Origin: Candidatus Zixiibacteriota bacterium
GTDB lineage: Bacteria > Zixibacteria > MSB-5A5 > CAIYYT01
NCBI GenBank assembly: GCA_040235515.1
Contig: JBECKX010000132.1
Location: 1-15,107, forward strand
Direction: 5' to 3'
Length of the DNA: 15,107 nt
A program made the position numbers and the translations under genes. Shown here piece by piece: positions 7,545-15,107 of this stretch. Each line of letters opens with the position of its first letter. Positions within the stretch are counted from its first letter, which is position 1. The notes beneath the pieces were generated by a model. The model made no database searches, was not told the origin of the DNA, and saw only the letters and a list, made by a program, of their open reading frames with translations.

Positions 7545-9806
7545 CTACATTCTGAAGAGGTATTGAAATTTGGCGAAGAACTGGCGTTCGGTTTGTCGCC
7601 AGGTTGTGTCGCCGGGAATATTGACGTAGTCGTGAGTGGAGCCGAGGTAAAAGATCGTAAAGGGGTTGAGTTCGTAGGTCAGCAGCGGCTCAAGGGCGAA
7701 CTCTCTATCAAAGCTATCGTATTGCAGGATCAGGCGGGCGAACCATTCGCGCGAGAACTGGTAATTGATCTGAGTGCGGGAGACGTAACCTGCGAAGATC
7801 AATCCACGGTCAGCGGGATAGCTCAGTTCAATATATTCCCAGGCGGGCACGATGACCAGCCGCTGGAGAGGTTGCAGAGTGACTTCAACCTCGAGCTGAA
7901 TGCCGTCCCCGAGCACCGGCGGGTCGACATTACGTGCGATGTAGCGAATATCTTTCGCCTCAAAGCCGAACGAGATTTCCTTAGCCGGTCTCGACTCCAT
8001 ATAAAGGGCGTAGTGGCGAATATGATCGAATTGGTAGCCTGAGAAATTCTCCCTGCTGAAGAGAGCTTCCACCACCACTGAAGTTTGCGCCGGGAGTGAG
8101 AGACTGAACTGGGGGGTGACCCACTCATCCTTGCGCTTGCCGTCGTAGTTCCAGACCCGCCCCACCGAGAGTGTAGGACCGTAAGCTACCACCACACTCT
8201 TGTTGGGATTGAAAAGCAGGTTATTCCAGATGACGATTTCCCGGCGATTGTTGATTCCGATGAATCCATTATCGGCGCGGAAGGTCGGGCTGTACTGGCG
8301 CAGGTCAATATCGAAGCTCCAGTGGCGGGCTTCGCGCTCAATGCTGGCATAGAAGGAATTGCCCCAGAAGCTTTCGTCGTCGAACCGGGCTGTATGGCGA
8401 CCATTATCGAAGGTGACCGGTTCCAGGTCATCGGAGTCGGCGAAATCAGCCGGCTCGTTGGTGTGACTGGCCATTCCCATGAATTCGACGCGATAGTTGT
8501 CGAGGAATCGCAGGGCGAAGTCTGCGCCGAAGGTTGAACCGGAGCCGCCTACGTCGAGTCTGCGGTCGGTAGCCATGAGACCGACGAAGGCATCGTCGTA
8601 GAGCTGCCGTTTCAGGCGCAGGATATTGGATGTACTTTTGCCGGCGTTGATCAGGCCACTGCTCTCCTCGAATGGAATGATCAGCGGAGAGTTCTCGTCG
8701 CGGGCGCCGATATAGCCGAGCGCGGTGTTACCGATGCGGCCGTTGAGCTTTACCGCCGCAATCGGATCGTTGATTGAACGAGTATAGACGGCATCGATCC
8801 AGGTGCTGAACAACTCGCTGCCTTCCTGAAAGAATGGACGTTTCTCCGTAAAGAAGAGTGCCGATGTAGTGTTGACGTCGATCTGCGCGGCATCGGACTC
8901 CACCTGTGAGAAGTCAGGATTGTAGGTGGCTTCCGCGGAGAGATCGGATGTCAGCAGGTAGCGGGCGTTGAGTGAGATATCTGCATCGGGATCGAGGTTG
9001 TCGAGTCCTTCCGAGGGTTCATCATCATTCTTCAGCACCGAGGCCTGGGAGGCGATGACGGAGGGGAGCAGTTCAAGGCGGCTGCCGGGGACAACATCAT
9101 GGATTCCCGTCAGGTTGCCGAATTGGCACATGAAGCAGGGATTGTCACGGGTGACCTCCGACCAACTCATGCGCTGTCGGGAGCTGCGGGGGCGATTGCG
9201 CCAGAAGGTAGCGCGCCACGGCTTCTGTGAATTCTTCGGAAAGCGCAGGGAGCTGAAGGGGACCGCAACTTCGACTACCCAACCGTCGGAGGTCAAGCGA
9301 CCCTGCGAGTGAAAAACCATGTCAAAGCTGAGATCCTCGCCGCTGCCGCTGACCATGCGCAGGTCACCCTGGAGCCCGAGGGGATTGACGAAAATTTCGT
9401 AAGACCAGGCTGCATCACCGAAGGTGTCGAGGATCAGGCCGACGTAGTCATCCTGAAAGATTTCGTCGCGGGCCCGCATCGACGCACGAACCGTGGCGGG
9501 GTCATCGAAGCACTTGAACCCGAGGTAGAGGTAATCGGCGTCATACATAACGAGCACCTCGGTTTTGACGTCGGGTTCGATCAGGTCACCGGGGTAGGTT
9601 TCGACGAAATTGGTTGCAACGGCGGCGTCGCGCCACGCAGGCTCATCGAGTCGACCATCGATTTCGATCGAACCGGTTGTCCTGGTTACTGCCAGTGATG
9701 GATTGCGGTTTGGTTGAAATTCTGCTGAGGCGCCGGCCGGTTGAAGGTAGGCGCCCAGGCCCACGATTGCGAAAACTGCGCAGGCGATTTTTTTGACAAA
9801 TTGCAT
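7545..9806 (-). CDS. CBM9-like domain + DUF5916-type protein (predicted exported, C-terminal outer-membrane barrel-like region)
   Basis: N-terminal IDGRLDEPAW..TEV.VMYD..YLYLGF.C.D..RD..DTF.D..F.VNPLG.Q.D..GWVVEVAVPFSSLRF (CBM9/DOMON-like). Central TYNPDFSQVESD..LFFTEKRPFFQEG..YTRSI signature. Ends with FFAKFQYLFRM. Start placed at ATG 9806 (MQFVKK + signal peptide); the start is uncertain. Confidence 0.82.
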   Translation of the reverse strand: MQFVKKIACAVFAIVGLGAYLQPAGASAEFQPNRNPSLAVTRTTGSIEIDGRLDEPAWRDAAVATNFVETYPGDLIEPDVKTEVLVMYDADYLYLGFKCFDDPATVRASMRARDEIFQDDYVGLILDTFGDAAWSYEIFVNPLGLQGDLRMVSGSGEDLSFDMVFHSQGRLTSDGWVVEVAVPFSSLRFPKNSQKPWRATFWRNRPRSSRQRMSWSEVTRDNPCFMCQFGNLTGIHDVVPGSRLELLPSVIASQASVLKNDDEPSEGLDNLDPDADISLNARYLLTSDLSAEATYNPDFSQVESDAAQIDVNTTSALFFTEKRPFFQEGSELFSTWIDAVYTRSINDPIAAVKLNGRIGNTALGYIGARDENSPLIIPFEESSGLINAGKSTSNILRLKRQLYDDAFVGLMATDRRLDVGGSGSTFGADFALRFLDNYRVEFMGMASHTNEPADFADSDDLEPVTFDNGRHTARFDDESFWGNSFYASIEREARHWSFDIDLRQYSPTFRADNGFIGINNRREIVIWNNLLFNPNKSVVVAYGPTLSVGRVWNYDGKRKDEWVTPQFSLSLPAQTSVVVEALFSRENFSGYQFDHIRHYALYMESRPAKEISFGFEAKDIRYIARNVDPPVLGDGIQLEVEVTLQPLQRLVIVPAWEYIELSYPADRGLIFAGYVSRTQINYQFSREWFARLILQYDSFDREFALEPLLTYELNPFTIFYLGSTHDYVNIPGDTTWRQTERQFFAKFQYLFRM

Positions 9807-9895
9807 ATAGCAACTTGCTACGCTATTCAGGCGCGGCAAGTTGCAGAAAATCGGCGTATGGCAGTAGAACCGCGCAGTTGGCGGCTGAGCGGCGC

Positions 9896-11203
9896 TTACA
9901 GCCGTTCGACCGTGCCGCGATTACGCTTGGTGTTCTTGGTGGCGTTACGGGTATCGAAGATCAGCTTGGCGTTGTCGACGATCATCTGGTAATCATAATC
10001 GGTGTGATCGGTGATGATCGCGACAAGATCCGCCGACTTGATCAACTCTTTAGTCAGCTTGGTGGCCTTCAAGTCCTTCGGTTCCATTCGTATCATCGGA
10101 ACATAAGGATCGCAGTAAGTCACTTTGGCGCCCTGCTCCTGCAGCAAGCGGATGCAGTCGAGTGCGGGTGATTCACGGACATCGGAAATGTTGCGCTTGT
10201 AGGCAACACCGATAACGACGACCTTCGCGTTCTTCACCGCTTTGCCCCTGGTATTCAAGAGGCGACTGATGCGCTCCAGCACATACTCCGGCATGTGGGA
10301 ATTGACATCCCCGGCCAACTCGATGAAGCGGGAATAGTAGTTGAGACTCTTCAGCTTCCACGAAAGATAATGCGGATCGATCGGGATGCAGTGGCCGCCG
10401 AGGCCGGGACCGGGATAGAATGGCATAAAGCCGAACGGTTTGGAAGAGGCGGCATCGATGATTTCCCAGACGTCGATATCGAGGCGATCGCACATCAATG
10501 CAACTTCGTTGACCAGGCCGATATTCACTGAACGAAATGTGTTCTCGAGCAGCTTGACCATCTCCGCAGCCTTGGTGGAGCTGACGACATGCACGGCGCT
10601 GATAGCGGATTCATAGAAGATCTTGGCGATCTGGGCGCAGGTACGAGTATGTCCGCCGACCACGCGAGGAGTGTTTTTGGTGTGGTAGGTGGCATTACCG
10701 GGATCGACGCGCTCAGGACTGAAGGCGAGGAAGAAGTCCTTCCCTGCTTTGTAGCCCCCCTCTTCGAGTTGCGGCAGGATCAGTTCTTCTGTCGTGCCGG
10801 GGTAGGTAGTTGACTCGAGGACGACCAGCATACCTTTGTGGAGGTGTTTCTTCAGTTCGCCGAGGGCGTTGAGGATGAACGAGACGTCGGGGTCTTTCGT
10901 TTTCGAGAGTGGTGTCGGAACGCAGATAGCGGCGACATCGCATTTGGCGAGATTGGAGAAATCGCCGGTGGCGGTAAGCAATTTCTGCGAGACAGCCGCT
11001 TTGACCTGAGCCGGCTTGACATCCCCGATATCGGAGCCACCAGAATTGATCAGTTTGATTTTTGCGGCGGCGATATCGAATCCGATAACCTTGAAACCAG
11101 CTTCACAGTACTCGATTGCCAACGGCAGACCGACGTAGCCCAGTCCGATCACACCGATAACGGCGGATTTATTCTTCAGTTTGTCAGACAGATGTTTCTT
11201 CAC
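9896..11203 (-). CDS. Nucleotide-sugar dehydrogenase, UDP-N-acetylhexosamine 6-dehydrogenase type (WbpA/WbpO/WecC group)
   Basis: GLGYVGLP, ICVPTP, LESTTYPGTT, FSPERVDPG, AEMVKLLENTFR-VNI, catalytic GGHCIPIDP and YK-NISD-RESP. The GTG start overlaps the upstream TAG (TAGTG). Confidence 0.93.
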   Translation of the reverse strand: MKKHLSDKLKNKSAVIGVIGLGYVGLPLAIEYCEAGFKVIGFDIAAAKIKLINSGGSDIGDVKPAQVKAAVSQKLLTATGDFSNLAKCDVAAICVPTPLSKTKDPDVSFILNALGELKKHLHKGMLVVLESTTYPGTTEELILPQLEEGGYKAGKDFFLAFSPERVDPGNATYHTKNTPRVVGGHTRTCAQIAKIFYESAISAVHVVSSTKAAEMVKLLENTFRSVNIGLVNEVALMCDRLDIDVWEIIDAASSKPFGFMPFYPGPGLGGHCIPIDPHYLSWKLKSLNYYSRFIELAGDVNSHMPEYVLERISRLLNTRGKAVKNAKVVVIGVAYKRNISDVRESPALDCIRLLQEQGAKVTYCDPYVPMIRMEPKDLKATKLTKELIKSADLVAIITDHTDYDYQMIVDNAKLIFDTRNATKNTKRNRGTVERL

Positions 11204-12159
11204 TACTTAACTCCAGTGTCTCTCCAGAATTCCAAGGTATCGCTTAATGTTTGGGATATCGGAATATGTGGCTTAAATCCCAGCTGCCTGCGAGCCTTGC
11301 TGATGTCACCAACTAACAATGGTACCTCTACCGGACGCAAGCGAGATTTGTCGCTCTTCACTTCAATTTCAACTTTAGCTGCCCTGACCAGAGTCTTGAG
11401 ATAAGATTCGACGCTGGCCGCCTTTCCCGTTGCCAGAATGTACGCATCCCCCGGATTTCCGTTTGCGGCGGCGAGGCGGTAGCCATCGACAATATCGCGA
11501 ACATCGGCCAGATCGCGTTTGGCGGACAGATCGCCGACTTTGATTATACCAGCTTTCCCGGTGCGTTCGATCGCAGCGATCTGCGAACAGAAATCAGGGA
11601 TCATGTAGCCGGTTTGCTGTCTCGGGCCGGTATGATTAAAGGCCCGAATACGGATGATCGGCAGGCCGAAGGCGCGACAATATTGATATGATGCCAGATC
11701 GGCGGCGGCTTTGCTGACACCGTAGGGTGACACCGGCTGAAGCGGAAAATCAGGCTTGATCGGCATCTTTGTCGGCGGGAGTGGGCCGAAGATATCAGCC
11801 GACGACACGAAGACGATCTTCTCTACTGATTTGTGCTGCCGCAGCGCTTCATAGAGATTGAGGGTGCCCATGAGGTTGACTTCCATCGTCCTGACAGGAG
11901 CCGAGAACGATTTTCCTACCGCGGCCCAGGCGGCGAGATGAAACACCCAGTCAGGCTGGAAACGTTTCAGGGCGCGCTGGAGCGCAGTTTTGTCCTCCAG
12001 GGCTGCCTGAACGACACTTATCCCTTTACGAATCGGCTTGATATTGGCGCGCGATTCGCCTTTGAGCGTCGTTCCGCAGACCTCGATGTTATGGGCAAGG
12101 AGGTTTTCGGCGAGGTGCGAGCCCGCAAAGCCAGTTATGCCGGTTATGAGTGCTTTCAT
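11203..12159 (-). CDS. rmd: GDP-4-keto-6-deoxy-D-mannose reductase-like extended SDR (Rmd-like)
   Basis: ITGITGFAGSHL, FHLAA, SSAD, PYGVSK (YxxxK), RAFNHTGPRQ and VGDLSAKRD-DVRD. The FNH-GP-Q pattern and the position right after gmd fit Rmd. Stereospecificity cannot be proven from sequence. Confidence 0.72.
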   Translation of the reverse strand: MKALITGITGFAGSHLAENLLAHNIEVCGTTLKGESRANIKPIRKGISVVQAALEDKTALQRALKRFQPDWVFHLAAWAAVGKSFSAPVRTMEVNLMGTLNLYEALRQHKSVEKIVFVSSADIFGPLPPTKMPIKPDFPLQPVSPYGVSKAAADLASYQYCRAFGLPIIRIRAFNHTGPRQQTGYMIPDFCSQIAAIERTGKAGIIKVGDLSAKRDLADVRDIVDGYRLAAANGNPGDAYILATGKAASVESYLKTLVRAAKVEIEVKSDKSRLRPVEVPLLVGDISKARRQLGFKPHIPISQTLSDTLEFWRDTGVK

Positions 12160-12263
12160 CAGGCCCTGAATTGGATGTTTGGACCGGGTCGTTGGGACAG
12201 CCGCCGCCCTGGAAACCTGCTTCGCAGGGAGTTGTGAGTCGTTTTCTGCGCGTCCACGCGGGC

Positions 12264-13235
<972 letters not shown>

Positions 13236-13272
13236 TATAATTCTCCCGTGGCTCTCATTATAGATAGGCAGG

Positions 13273-13300
13273 AATATACGAGCGGTGACGCCAATGTCAA
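13273..13300 (-). promoter_or_regulatory. Sigma70 promoter for the gmd-rmd-dehydrogenase operon
   Basis: The minus strand reads TTGACA (perfect -35), 16 nt, TATATT, ending 37 nt upstream of the gmd ATG. Confidence 0.7.
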
Positions 13301-13380
13301 GCGGCGCCGGGGATGGAGAGCGGTGCGGATGGTTGATGCCGCTTGCAGCTTGCCGCAATACCTGTTATATATTTTCCCCC

Positions 13381-13815
13381 ATGACTAAGTTCGACAAGAA
13401 GTTCATTTACTATAAGCTGCCGCCGGTGCTGTATGCGGTACTGATTATCTTCGTGTCCACGATTCCGTCGGTGAAACCTCCGACCCTCGGCGTAGACAAC
13501 GCTGACAAGTTTTATCACTGCCTGGAGTACTTCGTGCTCTCGCTGCTGATTTTCCGGGCTTTTCCGGATGTGCACTCTTCTGCTCGGCGCACTCTGCTCT
13601 ACGGGTTGCTGTTTGGATTCGGGCTGGCTTTCGGGGCGTTGGATGAGACGGTTCAGTTCTTCGTGCCGAGTCGAGATTCATCGGTTTATGACTGGCTGGC
13701 GGACGCAGTTGGATACAGCCTGGGGGGATTTCTGGTGATTTTGTTCAGAAGCATGAAGAAACGACGGATTTCTACCCGCCAGCGACTGGCTGCGGTTGAA
13801 CAGATTGACGAGTGA
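13381..13815 (+). CDS. VanZ family membrane protein
   Basis: YAVLIIFVSTIP, DKFYHCLEYFVL and GALDETVQFFVPSRDSSVYDWLADAVG match the VanZ-like DK..H / DE..Q..P.R....D..AD pattern. ATG 13381 preferred, because 13285 would overlap the gmd promoter. Confidence 0.88.
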   Translation: MTKFDKKFIYYKLPPVLYAVLIIFVSTIPSVKPPTLGVDNADKFYHCLEYFVLSLLIFRAFPDVHSSARRTLLYGLLFGFGLAFGALDETVQFFVPSRDSSVYDWLADAVGYSLGGFLVILFRSMKKRRISTRQRLAAVEQIDE

Positions 13816-15077
13816 TTTCGATGAAGTATCAGCGGATTAAAGGCACATTCGATATTCTACCCCCGGAATCGGCGAAGTGGGTCTATCTCGAACAGATTGT
13901 TCGCGGTGTGATGGAGCGATTCAACTATAAGGAAATCCGCACCCCAATCTTCGAGATGACGGAGCTGTTCGCGCGCGGAATCGGTGAGGGAACTGATATC
14001 GTCTCAAAGGAGATGTTCAGCTTCACCGACATGGGTGACCGGAACCTGACGCTGCGTCCGGAAGCGACGGCATCGGTAGTGCGCGCGTTTACCGAGGAAT
14101 CGCTGGGTAAGAAGGCGCCGCTGCATAAGCTCTACTACATCGGGCCAATGTTCCGGCAGGAGAAACCGCAGAAGGGGCGGCAGCGGCAGTTTCATCAGTT
14201 TGGCGCGGAAGCGATCGGGTCAAATGATCCGCGGGTGGATGCTGAGATTATTGCCATCAGTGTGATGATCTTGCGTGAATGTGGGATTGCGGCTGATGAT
14301 ATGGTGGTGGCGCTTAACTCGGTGGCAACTCCGGAGATCAGGGCGAAGCACCGTGAGAAGCTGCTGGAGTTTGTCGAGCCGATGCGCAGTGAGTTTCCTG
14401 CGGTCGATCAGGAGAAGATAGATCGCAATCCATTGCGGTTGTTTGACAGCAAAGAATCGCGTACAGCGGAGCTGATGGCCAATGCACCGCTGCTGAATCA
14501 GTTTTATGATGATGACGTGAAGCGCGACTTCGCGACGGTGCAGGAAGTTCTTAGTGCGATGGAGATTCCGTTCGAGCTTGATCCGCGCTTGGTGCGGGGG
14601 CTGGATTACTATACGCGGACTGCGTATGAGGTACGATCGGGGTTACTCGGGGCGCAGGATGCGCTCTGTGGTGGTGGGCGGTATGACTTGCTGGTAGAAG
14701 AGCTCGGTGGCTCCCCTACCCCGGCGGTGGGATTTGCTGCCGGGATGGAGCGGATCATGCTGGCGGCTGAGAAAGCTGGACTGCCGGGATTTGCGGAAAG
14801 GCCGCTGGATGCGTTTCTGGTGGCGGTGAGCGATGAGGAGCGTGCGGCTGCGGTGAAGTTGGCGCATCAGTTACGATCGAAGGGGTTGGCAGTTGACCTT
14901 GATTATCTCGATCGTTCGATGAAAGCACAGATGAAGGAAGCATCACGGCAGAGTGCGCGGTTTGCGGTGTTGATGTTCGAGGATGAGTTGAAAGCGGGGA
15001 TGGTTACGGTGAAGGATTTGGGGAGTGGTGAGCAGGTTGGGGTAGCATTGGATACGGTTGCAGAAAGAATAGGCTAA
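13812..15077 (+). CDS. hisS: Histidine--tRNA ligase
   Basis: KGTFDILP, TPIFE.TELF.R.IGE.TDIV.KEMF, LRPE.TA, GPMFR.EKPQKGR.RQFHQ, LVRGLDYY, GGGRYD, GFAAGMER and a C-terminal anticodon-binding domain. The start is either GTG 13812 (GTGA overlap with the VanZ-family stop) or ATG 13821. Confidence 0.97.
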   Translation: MISMKYQRIKGTFDILPPESAKWVYLEQIVRGVMERFNYKEIRTPIFEMTELFARGIGEGTDIVSKEMFSFTDMGDRNLTLRPEATASVVRAFTEESLGKKAPLHKLYYIGPMFRQEKPQKGRQRQFHQFGAEAIGSNDPRVDAEIIAISVMILRECGIAADDMVVALNSVATPEIRAKHREKLLEFVEPMRSEFPAVDQEKIDRNPLRLFDSKESRTAELMANAPLLNQFYDDDVKRDFATVQEVLSAMEIPFELDPRLVRGLDYYTRTAYEVRSGLLGAQDALCGGGRYDLLVEELGGSPTPAVGFAAGMERIMLAAEKAGLPGFAERPLDAFLVAVSDEERAAAVKLAHQLRSKGLAVDLDYLDRSMKAQMKEASRQSARFAVLMFEDELKAGMVTVKDLGSGEQVGVALDTVAERIG

Positions 15078-15107
15078 CCCTCACCCCCGGCCCCTCTCCC
15101 TTGCAAG
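15078..15107 (+). repeat. Left arm of a BoxC-like extragenic palindromic repeat, truncated by window end
   Basis: CCCTCACCCCCGGCCCCTCTCCC followed by a self-complementary centre (CTTGCAAG), directly after the hisS stop. It matches the widespread CCCTCACCCnnnCCCTCTCCC...GGGAGAGGG repeat pattern. Confidence 0.65.

Noticed and set aside
13236..13380. N-terminal extensions of gmd (from 13358) and the VanZ-family gene (from 13285) in the ORF track
   Set aside because: They would overlap each other and the promoter elements; family-like sequence begins at 13235 and 13381.
14148..14198. HisRS motif 2 variant FRQEKPQKGRQRQF; HisZ paralog considered
   Set aside because: Substitutions are conservative; the catalytic Arg, RGLDYY, GGRYD and the anticodon domain are intact, so this is ordinary HisRS.

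Overview
Bacterial chromosomal window with 13 protein-coding genes and no rRNA, tRNA, CRISPR array or transposase that I can see. The left end (+ strand) is the tail of a surface-polysaccharide locus: a 5'-truncated PaaK/CapK-like adenylate-forming ligase, a GT4 glycosyltransferase and a Wzx-type flippase. The middle (3.3-9.8 kb) holds five predicted exported proteins: a glucose/sorbosone-dehydrogenase-type beta-propeller with a C-terminal dockerin-like tail, a Met-rich LolA-like-family protein, a small outer-membrane beta-barrel plus an unknown lipoprotein (a self-contained two-gene operon), and a CBM9-like/DUF5916 protein. The right part is a minus-strand nucleotide-sugar operon (gmd, rmd-like reductase, UDP-HexNAc 6-dehydrogenase) transcribed divergently from a VanZ-family gene and hisS. 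The window ends inside a BoxC-like palindromic repeat. The style of the dockerin tail suggests candidate phylum Zixibacteria (inference only). I cannot demonstrate a new system from the sequence alone. The best candidates for a second look are the non-cellulosomal dockerin tail, the barrel+lipoprotein operon with its divergent Met-rich neighbour, and several cis-elements (palindromic operator/ECF-like promoter, SD-adjacent hairpin, 12-bp triple repeat, probable leaderless vanZ-hisS transcript). All family calls come from motif recognition by eye, not from database searches.
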